From the human T2T-CHM13v2.0 reference genome, Homo sapiens: a stretch of 64,000 bases of DNA. The stretch is from assembly GCF_009914755.1 (NCBI RefSeq), contig NC_060931.1; one strand, given 5' to 3'. Position numbers and translations under genes: made by a program. The stretch's first letter is position 1. Each line of letters opens with the position of its first letter. The notes beneath the pieces were generated by a model. The model saw only the letters and a program-made list of their open reading frames with translations, was not told the DNA's origin and made no database searches. Of the stretch, positions 14,881 through 29,811 are shown piece by piece.

Positions 14881-17607
14881 CACCTTTCTTATTCCTAAAG
14901 TGTTTATCATTGCCTTCTGTCTTTCTGCTTGATAAATATTGCCACACATTTGTATACTTTATTAGTGTGTACAAAGACCACATTTTAGTTGTGTTATTTC
15001 TCTTGTTTTGGTTTTCTAGAATGCAGAGCCATTAATATTATAGTAATGCTTATGTGCTAATACCATATCAGGGGCACAAATCCCATTGCAGCGGGACTGA
15101 GAAATTAAAGGAAATGATGCACATTTACTCATTTTTGTTTAAAAAATCAAATGCATATTTTTCAATCAGACTATATGGTTGGTCTGGATAGCTTCATCAT
15201 TGAATTTTTAAAGTATTTTTGTACTACTGTATTTAAAATTATTCATTCACCACTGCTTTTGTAGATGGTTTAGAAACCCAAGTTAGGAATGACTGTGCAA
15301 CACTATTATTATACTCTTTTTAAAATTATACTTTTTGCTTAAGTTTCTTTCCTTGTTCTCTGAGACAGTGTTCATGTTCCCAAACCACACACATTTATTC
15401 AGCTATAAAATTTGTATGATCAACTCCTGTCAGAACAAACATCATTATAAAAAATATCTCCAGGAAAAAGAAAACCCTTTTAATGCTCTCTTCTGGTTCA
15501 TGTGTCTTCTTATTTTCTTTAAGCATTTTCATAACCCATTGAGCTGTAATTTAATTGGAACATGATTTATACTAAAGTTGGTTTCTTTACCTTTAACTTT
15601 TTTTTTTTAGTTTGATCAGCTCTCTTTAGCTTCTGTAGTTCGGTCTTTAATTCCATTCCAGTATGCTTTTGGAGTTGGGTCTCATAAATGTATAGAAATG
15701 TTTCTGTTGGGAAACAGCAGGAGAATATTAAATAAATATTGTGCTTACATCTATTTAATTCTTTGCCCAACTTTCTACAACTTTGACTTTACATTTAAGC
15801 TCCTCATGCACTTACATGTTTCTTTACCTAAAAATATCTTTTCACCATGGGTGTGTACAATTCCTTTGTCCTTGCTGTATTAATTTTCTTGGTTTACATA
15901 GTAGCCTCTACACATTGATGTCAAAACCTCTGTTTGGTGCATTTCTACTCTGCGTGTTCAATCTCCATGAAAGTTTCTGTAAGGTATTTTCATTCCTCTA
16001 GTTTTTCACATGTGCATCCTGGCTTTGTGACCTGTGCTTTGATATCGTGCCTTTCATCTTGTGGCATTGAAGGATCTTTGCAAGGACCTATTGTGTTATA
16101 ATACAGTCTATGAAAAATATCAATATTTGCATTTGATCACATTTAAAAAAATCACATTCTTTTGTTTGAATATCAAAGCTAATATGTGAGTGATTTCCCT
16201 GCCAAATAGCACAAGTAGCCTTTCCTGGGTGTTTATGGGCATTTATCTGGTTAATGATTCCCATCATAGTGCTGTCACCCATGCCATTGCTAAACTTATA
16301 CAGTAACTTTTTTGTTTTCACCTCAGCATATGTTGAGAGTAGGAAATAGATAGGACTATGCCCTCAAATTTTACGTTTATATGATGTTAATCCTAAAGGT
16401 CCTTGTGACTTCTGAAGTAAAAACTCAGTGTTGTCATTTTACTTACTGAATTGTTAGCTGAGTTTAGAGTTGAGTTTACAATGGAGTAAACAAGGTGTTT
16501 AGTTTGATGTATGCTTTTAGTCTTTCAGAAAAAAATGTTTATACTTGGAAAGAATAGTTTATTTACCCATCTGGCCTAGTTTAGACAAAAACACAGAGTC
16601 AAATGTCAACAGAATTCTGAAGTTATAAAAATGACAGTGTGGCTTTTTTTTTTTTTAACCTTCCACCTGGTGCTTATGCCCAAGTGCCTAGCTTTCTTTA
16701 GCTCTCAACTAATAAAGGTAATGTTTAGATAACATTTAACGTTAAGTTGCATTGTGTTTATGATCACATATCTCAAATATTGGTACACGAAACTGTACAA
16801 CAACCTTTTTTATTAGATTTTCCTACGAAATTCCTTATTATATTCCCTAAGATAGCTTTTTCCCACCTTCTTCTTCCTTCTCCCTTCTCAGGTGCTCCAA
16901 TAATTCCAACCCCTGCAGCCAGTGACTTTATTATATCTTTTTTTAAAAATCTAAAAAAAAAAATTGATGCAACCAGGAAGAATTTTCTCATTTCTCTCCA
17001 CCAGTTGTACCAGCCTACTGCACCTCTCCTCATGCACCACCTTCTGCCTGTGTTCTTGCTCCTATATTCAGGAGCAAGTAATATGCAATACCTCCCTCTT
17101 TGTGGGATCTTTCTCATTAGCATAAAAATACTTTCCCTTGATCTCCAGCTACTACCCCATTTCTTTGACCTACATATAGCAAAATATTTGAGAAAGGACC
17201 ACTTTCCATCTTTTCCTCAATCTACTTCCATTTTTTTCTCAATCCACTTTCATTTCATTGTTCTCCTCAACCCATTCTTTCCACAACCTACTTCATTTTA
17301 TTTCCATCAGCCCCATAACTCAGGATCAACATCTTGCCAGAGCCAATTTCCTTGTCTCCCTTAACAGCTCCAGCAGTATTTATGCCATGGACAAATTATT
17401 CTTCTTGTGATACTTTCTCTCTTGCTTCCATGACACTACTCCCACTTCATTTTCTTTCTACCTCTCTGGCTCTTCCTTGGTCCCTTTTCCTGGCCCCTTC
17501 TCTCTTTCAGATCTCTAAACATCAGCTATATCTCAGCCCTGTTCTACTGACACTCTCTAGCTGTTATTTTCTAAACCCATGTTTCAGAAACCATATCTTG
17601 ATGAATC

Positions 17608-17877
17608 TTGGAAGGCCGAGGCAGGCGAATTACTTGAGGTCGGGAGTTTGAGACCAGCCTGGCCAACGTGGTGAAACCCCATCTCTCCTAAAAATACAAA
17701 AATTACCTGGCCGTGGTGGCATGCACCCAGCTACTTGAGAGGCTGAGGCACAAGAATCGCTTGAACCTGGGAGGTGGAGGTTTCAGTGAGCCGAGATCCT
17801 GCCACTGCACTCCAGCCTGAGCAATAGAGGAGACTCCGTCTCACACACACACACACACACACACACACAAAGAAAAT
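17608..17877 (+). mobile_element. 5'-truncated AluS with a (CA)14 tail, in an L2-like background
   Basis: 20-nt TSD aaacca(t)(a/c)tcttgatgaatc at 17588-17607 and 17878-17897, 1 mismatch. Confidence 0.95.
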
Positions 17878-18883
17878 AAACCATCTCTTGATGAATCATA
17901 AATTTGTGTCTCTAGTTTAGACCTCTATCCTGCTCTCTAAATGATGTATCCAACTATCATCTTGACACCATCATATGTTCATAAAACATAATTATAGAAT
18001 ATCTTTCAGTAGGCTTGACATTTTAAGGCATGAGTTTCCGTTCAGTATCTCCTTAAAATATACCCAGGGTCTCAGGAGACTATTCAAACAGGACAAAGCT
18101 TCTATTCTACTTACTAATGTGTCTGGCCCTATTTGGCAGGTTGGATAAAAAGTCATCTGAACATTGTCACTTTATGAATAATATAGTTTAATAGTTTGTG
18201 AATCACCCCTGCAATTTAAAAAATAGTAAAATTATCAGAATCTAATTTAATAATTCCTATTGGAACACCCCATGTTAGGGGATTTCCAGTTATTTCAATT
18301 GATATCTCAATGTTTTAAAGATTGTTTATTTCTATTACTAATTCACTCTTTATTTTAACATAAATTGTGGCTATCTATCTCTATTCATTTCAATTATATT
18401 TCTCATACCATTCTATAGATGGGGTGAAAAGAAAAGTGTTAATTTTTTAAAACTCCATACCTCAAATACTATATGAATTTATAGTTGTTATTGCTAAAGC
18501 AATTATCTTACATCTTTTCCTCCAAAACAAAGTTATGTGCTGGTTTATTTTCTTTGTACTCATAAGATGCCTTCCATTTTTAGTAACATAAGTCTTGTCT
18601 TTCTCCTATTCTTAGCTACTTAAGCATTATGTAGCTTAAATAAGCACTAAAGATTCCTATCTGTATGAAAAAATAAAGATTAAATAAATAAGATCTAGAA
18701 AGGGTGACAAGGTGATGCTTCAAAATGAACCATACCAAGCCATCTAGCGATTGATAAATTACTCACACTCATAATCACATTGTTGGAAAGAAGCCATTGA
18801 CAATTCAGTTTGTTTCACAACTGTCTATCACATAGTGAGCACAACTAAAAGACTACTTTTTGTCTTTTACTGCTTGTTTTGTT

Positions 18884-19378
18884 GATCAAGTGACTGATTG
18901 TACAATGACCAACAAGAAGTCTGATGTGTAGAGAAAAGGGGAACCTGGCTTTTCTGCCTTACTCCTGATGCCTAATTCTGAGCATGTGAATATTATTCTG
19001 TTTCTTTAATTCTCCAAGTGAAGCAGCAGATAAACCATCCTTGTTTCCATTAGCTGTCTACCCTGTTCAACTGTGTGTTTCTAATAACATAAGAATAAGA
19101 AAGCCACCAGGGTGAGCAGGGAAGGCAATGAGTCTGCAAGGCTTGTGGATAGATTTCTGTTAGTGAGGCTCTAGAAAGTTCTTCCAAGATTGATGCAATC
19201 TGAGAAGAGTTTTCTGTCAATACAAACTCCCTGGGTTTCTCCTTTGTCCTTTTACTGCCTGTGTTTGTTTTGGGTTCCAGTAAAGATCAAGTGACTGATT
19301 GTACCATGACCAACAAGAAGCCTGATGTGTGGAGAAAAGGGGAACCTGGCTTTTCTGCATTACTCCTAATGCCTAATT
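18884..19378 (+). repeat. 94-bp direct repeat, two copies (18884-18977, 19285-19378)
   Basis: 5 mismatches in 94 nt by manual alignment; period 401. Confidence 0.95.
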
Positions 19379-19599
19379 TTCTTGTACTGAAAGTAGTTTT
19401 TGCTGTAAGAATCTGAGGGGAGGAGTCATTTCTTCAATTTTTTTTTTTGGTCTCCTTTTAATGGTTTCTTGATCATGTCTATCCTTATTTTTCTGTTTTC
19501 ACAAATTTTTGTGGTATATTTTCCTCTCATGACCTCTGTCTCAAGACTTCTTTCCATCCATCTCTTCTCATTTCATCCTGTAGAGTGTCTGTGGTAAGA

Positions 19600-19740
19600 G
19601 CCCTGCATTCTACTCTGGCCTTGCCATGTGTGGCCTTGGGCAAGTCCTAGCCTCCTTGAGGGTCTTATTTTTCTCATTTGTAAAATGAAACAGTTTGATG
19701 AGAAGTTTTCTAAGGTTCCTTCAAGCTTTGACAATCTCTC
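19600..19740 (+). mobile_element. MIR/MIR3
   Basis: gtggccttgggcaagtc...ttctcatttgtaaaatg...tctaaggttccttcaagct. Confidence 0.7.
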
Positions 19741-20187
19741 TCTTCTGGATCTTTTTCCCATGAAAAATTTCAACTCTTGATTAGCATGTAGGCAGGGATT
19801 ATTCCACATCCTTATAGGAATCACATTTCTGCTACTGTCCCTGAATGCTAGAGTCCATTGATTAAGTTATTCACTGCTGCAATTGTCAGAGCTGATCAAA
19901 GAACTCTGAACCAGTGTGTTACTAGAACTAACAAAGAAAATGCCATTATGATGTTCTAGAGTCTTGAATTAGTAGAAGAGGTTTAATAAGAACCCTAAGG
20001 GATTGCTAGAATGTTAAAAACAAACAAACAAAAAAAAAGGTTGAAAAGTTTAGAAAATTCACTGGTCTTTGTGCCCATCATTTTACTTCCAGGGTTTAGA
20101 TAATCTCATTTTTGCAATGAAGGAATGGATTAGATCACAAGTTCTCATCCTAGTAGCACATGCAGAATCTTTATAAAAACACAGAGT

Positions 20188-20502
<315 letters not shown>

Positions 20503-20679
20503 TCAGGGTCCACTAAGACCAGTGAAGTCAGTTCTCTTGGTAGGGGGCAGGGTGACTGAGCATGATGTTTGTAATTTTAAAAGTGCTCCAGGTGATTCTA
20601 GCGTGTATCAAGCAAGACTTGTGAACCACTGAACTACATGCTAAGACTCATTTTAGCTCTGATTTTCTGTGAGTCATAG

Positions 20680-20860
20680 CAGAGGGCTCAGCAAACTTTT
20701 TCTATAAATGCTAAGATAGTAAATATTTTCAGCTTTGTGGGCTGTATCGTCTTTATGACAACTCAACTCAGTCTTTGTAGAGAAAAGCAGCTGTACATAA
20801 TATGTAAACTAATGGGAGTAGCTAGATGTGTCCTGTGGGCCATAGTTTTGCTGACTCCTG
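20680..20860. mobile_element. MER58A-like hAT MITE
   Basis: degenerate TIRs cagagggctcagcaaac...tttgctgactcctg; internal gatagtaaatattttcagctttgtggg. Confidence 0.75.
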
Positions 20861-23800
20861 GTCTATGTCATAGAATTTCCTTTTGAATTGATGGACCACC
20901 AGCAAATGATTTTTGTCCTGTATCAATCAATGATACATACATAAATCTCTACAAGACATGTAAAGGATGAGGCTTAATGACAGAGTACTTTGGGGAAGAC
21001 ATAATATTGCAAAATTAAGATGCTTAGAGAAAAATCATATTAAAATAGTGAAAACTGTGAGAAGGTATTTTGATTTGTTGTTTTGGATTCCTCTTTTTGC
21101 AAATTCTTTTGAAATATTTTCAGTGGAAGCTACATAGATCCAATTGTATTCACCAAGCTAGATTGTAATTAAGCTCCAGAGTAAGTAATAGATTTGATGA
21201 GTGATGTCCAACCTTTTACATGGAAGAGTAAGTTTGAGTCTTCCTTTGCCCATTGACACACTTAGTACCATGTTTACCAAAGTTCTTAGTTATTGAAATG
21301 GGCACCAGCATATTTTGAAACGTTGGTGTTAACTTGGGATATGCCTTTTGTCATGTTGCAAATAGATTTTGTTTCTGTTTTGTGAAGATCACCATCTCTG
21401 TCACTTCTGATAGAAAAAGTGACACTGACTTCTCAAGTGATTTGACACAGGTTAAAATATGTAAACCATTTCTGTAGAGAGCAAGCTGTAATAATATACT
21501 AAAGGGCTAGGTTTATAGTATAATATAAATAACTCATTTATGCTGTTAATAATTTATAGCAACATGGCATTTGACTGACTTTTTATGTGCTCTAGTCATG
21601 TAAGTAATAGATGTGGAAACATAGACCAGAGTTTCAAGAACATGTTTTGGGCAGAGTCTGTTTTCTTGCTATTATCTCTTAAGTTTATGTTCATGGCCTA
21701 AAGATTATGCTAATGGATCTGCCTTGGTCTTGGGTGTCAGGTCTGTGTTAGCGAGTATTGAAAAGCATAGTTTTTGCCTACTGGGAAGGATTTATGATTT
21801 AAAAGCCCTAAATCTCCCCTTTTATGTACTTCATACTTAGAAAATTTTTCCTGTAAACTGTGTGACTTTTTTACATTGTGCCAGTTTTCTAGATGACTCT
21901 CGTCATATTTATTTCTTGCAATCCTTCTATAACTATCAGTTATGAAGTCTCTTTATAGTGTTGCCAGCCAGGTCTCAGGTGTGTGAAATGTATTTTCTAT
22001 TATGGATTTTGGGGTATGATGGCACATAGTTTGGGTGTTAATGCCTAATCTTGATGTACTGGCTTCTGAACAACCAAAAGGATGAAAGGAAATAGAACAA
22101 ATATTTTTGTGAGGGAGAGGAGTCTGGCTTCTTGACTTACTCTAGAAAAAGCCTGTAAGCCTCCTCTTCCCTCCTTGTCACACAAAGTGACAAAGAAAAT
22201 CAAGAATTGTTTTCTTCTTGGCTTAAATGCATCCCTTATAAAGTAAGGCTGAGATCAGGCTGTGAAGCTATCTTTTTGTCAAGACTGTCATAATTCCAAA
22301 ACACTTTGTTCTTCTAATGCTTAGGTTAGTAACTTTAAACATTTTTATAAAGATAGTGAGGTCCAGTTTTAAGGATTGACCCCTTCTCAAGGGGCTCAGA
22401 AGAGGTTTTGGAGAATAATAAAATTAAATAATGAAACCAATAATTTAAACCAGATCATGATCCTTAAGAAAAAATCCCATCAAATTTGGGCTAAACTCTA
22501 ATATACAGAGGTCTGCACAACTTATGTCAAGTATTCTTCCCCACAAATGAAGAATGGGGTTCATTGTGTCATTGGTTGGGTCTCATTTTGGCTTCATCTT
22601 CTATTTCTCAAAGTCTAAGAAAAGTGCTCCTACGGAAGTGGGTGTTGGCTATCATGAGACTTTGCTGCTGGCAGGCCAGCTTGCTGCTCTAGACAGAGAT
22701 ATCCCTCGATCCTCCTTGGACAACTCTTTTCTGTGCACAGGAAGCAGCAGGCTGGGGTTAAGGAGTTTGCCAATCCAGTCATTCTGATAATTGCTGAATA
22801 TGAATTTCTATCCAGCACAATCTAGGTAGCTACAATGGCACAGTAGTTTTTATGTATCAGGTGAAAATGTTTAATAGGCACTCTAAATGAGAGAAAAGGT
22901 TAAGTGAGGTTAAAAGCTCAATGAAAACAAATAGATGAGACTAAAAATAGTTCAATAGGTTGTAACTTCCATCTCATCCAAACAGCAATGAATATTTTGA
23001 GGCTGAGGCGCTGAGGGGTAAAATTGCAGCCTGGACTACTTGCTAATGTAGACCTACAGCACTGTCATTCTTACTGCACAGACACTGCTTTCTGCATAGG
23101 AGGTAGAATAATGAATTCATTTATTATTAACAAAGATTTATTAAGTGACTGCATGGTGCTAACCACTAGATGGGGAGGGATGTTTTGAACTGTCCATTGT
23201 TTGACTATAACAAGGAACGCTTTGAACGAGGTTACTATCATAGGCAGAATTTGTTTAACATGAAGCCTATGAGACATAAGCCACAGGTCCTCTCACGTGC
23301 AGGAACTCCTTTGAAGGCCCTATACTTAATTTTATATGCATAGTTTGGATTTGGATTCTTTTTTTTTTAAGAGTTCCCCAAATTACTTAAGCTTCAGGCT
23401 CCACAAAACCTGGATCTACCCCTGGTAGCAGCTATGAATCTTTGACTATGAAATTAAGTGTACAAGAAATATGACTTTACTTTTTCTGTGATTGAGTTTA
23501 TTTTCTATTTGAGCACGCATTCCACTGAGTGAAAGAAATAATATCATTGAATTCAGAGATTTTGCTGGGTTCTAAGTGGAGTTTACAGAATGCCATGATA
23601 TTAGGAATTAAGGAGTGTGTTGCCCTACATCATCTTTTGTCCGTGCTCACTGTCTCTGAGGCACTGATGTTCCTATGTGACCTAGAGGGGCATGGTCCAG
23701 GTAGATGGAGTCTGTCCTTGTTCTCACTGTGAGCTCTCGCTTGCTGACCCTTCTTCAGTTTCTTCCATGCCCCTGAGGGGTAAAAAGATTCAAATCTGAA

Positions 23801-25366
23801 GCTATATCAAGCCATCTGTGCATAGACATTCCAAGCAACCATGTTCACTCTACTGCTCCCATGTCATGCAAGGCACAGGAAGCTTCACTATGGCATGAGT
23901 ATTTCCTGGGCTTTGCCTTGGAATTGAGGCACGGGCCTCCTTTGTTCTAAAATTCCCCAAATCTACTTGAGGATAGAACCAGGATTTGGTTGCAAGGCAG
24001 AACTTTTCTTAGAGGACCTGGTATCTAAACCCTCTTGTTACCCCCATTTATGGACCCCATTTATGGGGTGAGGAGAGTGACTGCTTCTAATCCATCATAA
24101 TTTTTGTCTATGGCTACTGTTTTTGCATAGACACTATGTTTTGAGTCCTTAGGCTTTGGCTTTTGGCGCTTAATGGCCAATATTCACATGGCTCAAAATT
24201 TTCAAATGATCCATATCTGACTTGAGTTTCAAAAGTCAGTTTTTGAAACTTAAATGATCAGAATTGATTTGTTCTGCTCTGGTTCTGATGTGGCCTCTCC
24301 TTCCAGAGGTACTGGAGGTAGAATATCCAAGGTGGAAAGCCCACGACTACAAGGAATTGGTTAGTAATTCATAATGTTAGCTGTCCACATCTATTCAGTA
24401 ATGGCATTTCAGTGGCTGCACAACTGACCATGGTGAAAGTGTCTGCACAAGCCACTTTTTCTTCCTGTCAGAAAATGTTCTCACCCACTGAATTGAATGA
24501 CTGTCTGCTCATATGCTGTGAATGAGTGCCCAGTCTTAAGATTAAATCACACGTTCTTGGCTATGCATATTTGGGCATGCTGTGGGGAGTTATAATAGGC
24601 TGTCTTAGAGTCACATTAAGCAGCTAGACAGACAATGAGTTGGAAAGTTACATTTTCTAAATTTGATTGGTACATTCCATTTGTCACATTTGACATTAGA
24701 AGTTCTGGATTCACCCTCTATGGTGAGCTTCACTAATGGAGAATGTAATTTGCAATGCTCAAACACAAGTCCTAAACAGAAAACATTGTATGTTACATTC
24801 CAGTGCTACCAAAATAGTGGTTTTGAAAGTCCTTATTTTCTAATACTACTATGTGTAATTTTGAGTCATTTAGATAGCAACAGTTAAATGTTTTATAGAT
24901 TGTTTGGAAGTATTAAAATGTGAAGGATTTTTGTTATATAGTGTCTTTCCTATCTTGCTTAATAAAATATAAGTTTAGAATTGTGTATAGAATTAACATG
25001 CAAAAATATCAAGTCTCAACTTTATACAGTTAATCTACATTTGTGTATACCCTTCAATTATTTCAAGAGAGGGATACTATTCTTATGCAGGATAAATACA
25101 ATAAGATATTTTAAATGAATTTTAACTACATCTCTGGCAGTTTCATCTCAATAGTAGTTGTAATTTTATCTCCCAGACCTTATTATAGACTAGCAGCTCT
25201 CTATGAAAATTAGTGACAGTGTGAGTGTATTTTAATTCAAAGTTAATCAAGAATGACTGAGTCAAGAGTTAGCTACCCCTGAAAGTAACTCATAATTCAG
25301 AATTTAAAATATTACATGTGGAACAATCATGACTATATGCCTTTTACTTTCTCTATCATTATTTAG

Positions 25367-25580
25367 GTTGTGGGCTTTGGGTCCTTTTCACATCCGTTAA
25401 CAGTGGGCTTGACTTCAAAGGATTATTTTCTTGAATCTTGAATAATTGCTGAAGACAATTTGAAGATATTTTCAAGATGAAGGAAACTGAAGCACAGAAT
25501 CACTAGAGTGAAAAAAGAACTTCACAAACAGTGCAGGCTTGATCAATGGCATGGGAAAACAGGCAATACAGTTAGAATTG
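25367..25580 (+). other. Latent 214-nt pseudoexon (c.3469-1304C>G); wild-type C at 25581
   Basis: acceptor ctttctctatcattatttag|; TTG|ctaaga becomes TTG|gtaaga; 26885-1304=25581. Confidence 0.85.
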
Positions 25581-26836
25581 CTAAGATGGAATTTTAACGT
25601 TCAATTAAGGATCTATCTCTAAACTCCTCTGCTTTATCCACCAATCATTCCATATTAAAGATGAAGAATTGTTCCCATTTCACCTTTTGATAAGGAAAAA
25701 TAGAAATAACAGAAGCAAATACACTTTTGCCCACATTTTTTTCCAAAAAGAATAATTTTTGAAGTCTAAACGTTTGGTGTAAATAAGATGATGTGTTAAT
25801 ATTGTAAAGGAAAGCTAGTTAAGTTTTTGACTGAATAAAGCCAGCATCAATAATTACTAGTAAGACTAAAAATAAGAGCAGTAAAATTGTGTCTAATCAG
25901 CTACTAATATCTGGGAAGGATTGAGCCACAGGATCAAAGATGGTATCTTTTAAAAATAGAAGTTGAGTGAATTCGGTCTTCAAATTCTTTCTTTTTATTC
26001 ATTTATATTTATTTACTCATTAGTATATTCATTCCTTTATTCATGTATTGTTCAAATATATATTGGGTACTTATTATATGCCAAGTTGTTTTTAAAATCA
26101 CATTCCAAATTCCCGTAAGTCATAATTATTCAGAGATGTATGTTTTTTTTAAAAAAAATTGAACACCTTTAAAAATTATCAAGTCCTTTTATTTCTGTAT
26201 GCATTAAAGATAAACTTTACTAAATGTTACATGAATAGATTTATAAAGCAGATAAATATTTAATTTCAAATATAACCCTTATATGCAATTATATTTTCCT
26301 TAGCACTAAAAATGAATATTTAAGTAATTTATATTAAAAGTGTAATTATTTAACTGCAGATGTATGCCAATGACTTAAATTGTTTAAAGATTATAGCAAA
26401 GTTGTTTAAAATTGTCTAATCATGAAGAGTTCACTTAACCACCTGGTTGACACATAAAATTATAGTTAGTTACTAAGGTAGTTCGAGAGAAAGAGAAGAA
26501 TCTTCAGTAGTGGTTTTGAGGTGTGGTACATTTTATTATAATATACCGGTTATACAGCATTGTGCAGTGCTGCTCATAGTAGAAATAAATTTTCTCTTTG
26601 ATGTCATCTATTCCCTTGTGTGGCTTACATAACTGAGAATTAGGTGATCACAAAAATAAACAGGCCTATACAGAGCCCATTTATATAAGTCCTGGTTATT
26701 TCTCTTCAGTTAAACTTTTAATTATATCCAATTATTTCCTGTTAGTTCATTGAAAAGCCCGACAAATAACCAAGTGACAAATAGCAAGTGTTGCATTTTA
26801 CAAGTTATTTTTTAGGAAGCATCAAACTAATTGTGA

Positions 26837-27160
<324 letters not shown>

Positions 27161-29811
27161 TAGACTGTGTTCAGTAAGTGAATCCCAGTAGCCTGAAGCA
27201 ATGTGTTAGCAGAATCTATTTGTAACATTATTATTGTACAGTAGAATCAATATTAAACACACATGTTTTATTATATGGAGTCATTATTTTTAATATGAAA
27301 TTTAATTTGCAGAGTCCTGAACCTATATAATGGGTTTATTTTAAATGTGATTGTACTTGCAGAATATCTAATTAATTGCTAGGTTAATAACTAAAGAAGC
27401 CATTAAATAAATCAAAATTGTAACATGTTTTAGATTTCCCATCTTGAAAATGTCTTCCAAAAATATCTTATTGCTGACTCCATCTATTGTCTTAAATTTT
27501 ATCTAAGTTCCATTCTGCCAAACAAGTGATACTTTTTTTCTAGCTTTTTTCAGTTTGTTTGTTTTGTTTTTCTTTGAAGTTTTAATTCAGACATAGATTA
27601 TTTTTTCCCAGTTATTTACTATATTTATTAAGCATGAGTAATTGACATTATTTTGAAATCCTTCTTATGGATCCCAGCACTGGGCTGAACACATAGAAGG
27701 AACTTAATATATACTGATTTCTGGAATTGATTCTTGGAGACAGGGATGGTCATTATCCATATACTTCAGGCTCCATAAACATATTTCTTAATTGCCTTCA
27801 AATCCCTATTCTGGACTGCTCTATAAATCTAGACAAGAGTATTATATATTTTGATTGATATTTTTTAGATAAAATAAAAGGGAGCTGAAAACTGAATTGC
27901 AAACTGAATTTTAAAACTTTATCTCTCTGTGGTTAATTGCAAACACAGATACAAAAATATAGAGAGAGATACAGTTAGTAAAGATGTTAGGTCACCGTTA
28001 CTAACACTGACATAGAAACAGTTTTGCTCATGAGTTTCAGAATATATGAGTTTGATTTTGCCCATGGATTTTAGAATATTTGATAAACATTTAATGCATT
28101 GTACAAATTCTGTGAAAACATATATATAGGATGTGCGAAAAGTCCCTGTGTATCATGTGAAATGGCTTAAAACAGAACACCATAGGTATTCATATCAGTG
28201 AATACCATAGGTAGCTGAAAGTGTTTTTTCCTGGGGTCGCCAAGATGAATGCCAAAAGTGATATCATTATTATAAACAATAGCCAGAATAGGTTGGTATA
28301 AACCTGGTAGAAAGCCTTGATAAATTGACTTTCTCTCCTCCTGACATCCTGCCACCCCTTTGCTTTGCTGATGCTCATTTGTCCACTAAATTAAACTCAA
28401 GCAAGCCCTAGTAAAGTAATAGAATTTGTGGAGTCCTCATTAGTATAGGAAGTTTCCCTGATGTGAGATTAGTAATTAGAGATGTAGCAAAATGAGAAAG
28501 AAGTAATATGCTTAGATATTTCATTTTCTCTGAACCTGTATATACAAAATAGGCCATGCGTGTTCAGTAACTATTCACTGCAAGGCACTCTCTAGGTACT
28601 TTGGGGGAATTGGAAATTACTCACATAAGGCTATGGATTGTGCCATTTGTCAAAAGACAAAATGACAACAAATTTAGTTTAAAGACCTCAGTCAGCTTTA
28701 TTTTCTATTCTAGATTTGGACAGTCCTTCATTTCACAAATTGGAGTAAGTGTTCCAATAAGTTGAGCAAAGGAGCTTGGCTTTATAGACCCAAAAAAAGG
28801 GCCAAAGGAAGCAGAAACAAAGAACAATAAGAGAATTGGTCATTTCAAAGTTACTTTTCTTGAAAGGTGGGGACAAGGAGACAGAATAATAGAAAAGTCA
28901 CTGATTGGTTAACATTGGATTAAGAATTAAAACAGAGGAAACTTTAAGATTGAAGTTTGAAACTGACTTGTTTGGGAAATCAGGCTGTCTTCTTTCTTGA
29001 TTTCTTAGAAGGCCGGATAACAACTGAGTTTTGCTTTGGTGAACATGGGTGACTCCATTTTTACTTTTAGTCTGGTCTGTTGAGGCCTCGTGAGAGAGCT
29101 TAATCTAAAACAATGACTTCCTATAATTTTTGTTTGACACATCCAAAGAGGGACTCTAATATTTATTGAGAGCTTATCATATCTTAAGTACTGTTTAAAC
29201 ACTTTTATTTGCTATTACATTTGATCTTATTATAACTCTAAAGGCAGAAATGATTGCTTTTATTTTCCACAATGGAGGAAACTGAGGTTCAATTAAGTGA
29301 GTAAGGAAGCAGGGATCTTAAACCCAGATACCATTGCTCCTCTTTAAAGGTGGAAGAACAGAAAACATGGGGCAGGGGAAGAGAGAAAGTTTCTGTCCCA
29401 GGACATGATAATCTAAAAGGGAAAACGTAAGATCCACTGAAACCTGAGGCAGATTTATTGTGGCAATAACAAAGCTTAAGTTTCACAGACCTTCATTTGC
29501 CTGAGCCAACTTTGAAGGCCATGTATCTAATTTTGTTTTTATAATTCTATAATCTTTATTCTTGAAAAGAGCCCTCCCTCCAAATTTACAAGCTTTGGGC
29601 CCCCAAAATCCTTGAAATGCCCTTGAATAAGAGATATCCAGGTAAATGCTATGGGAATTCAGAGGAGGAAGCAGTTAGTATCAGTTGGCGGAGAGTTAGG
29701 CTATTAAGAGAAGGTTTTATATAGGAAGTGGCATTTAGAATGAAGCTTTGAGAACTGAGCTGTGTATTTGAACAAGTAAAGGTGGTGTTGCAGAATTTTG
29801 CTCCTTAGTTC

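Noticed and set aside
16747-17651. 205-aa and 105-aa plus-strand ORFs
   Set aside because: Pyrimidine-rich L2-like sequence with F/L/P/S bias, non-ATG start for the longer one, no domain or exon context.
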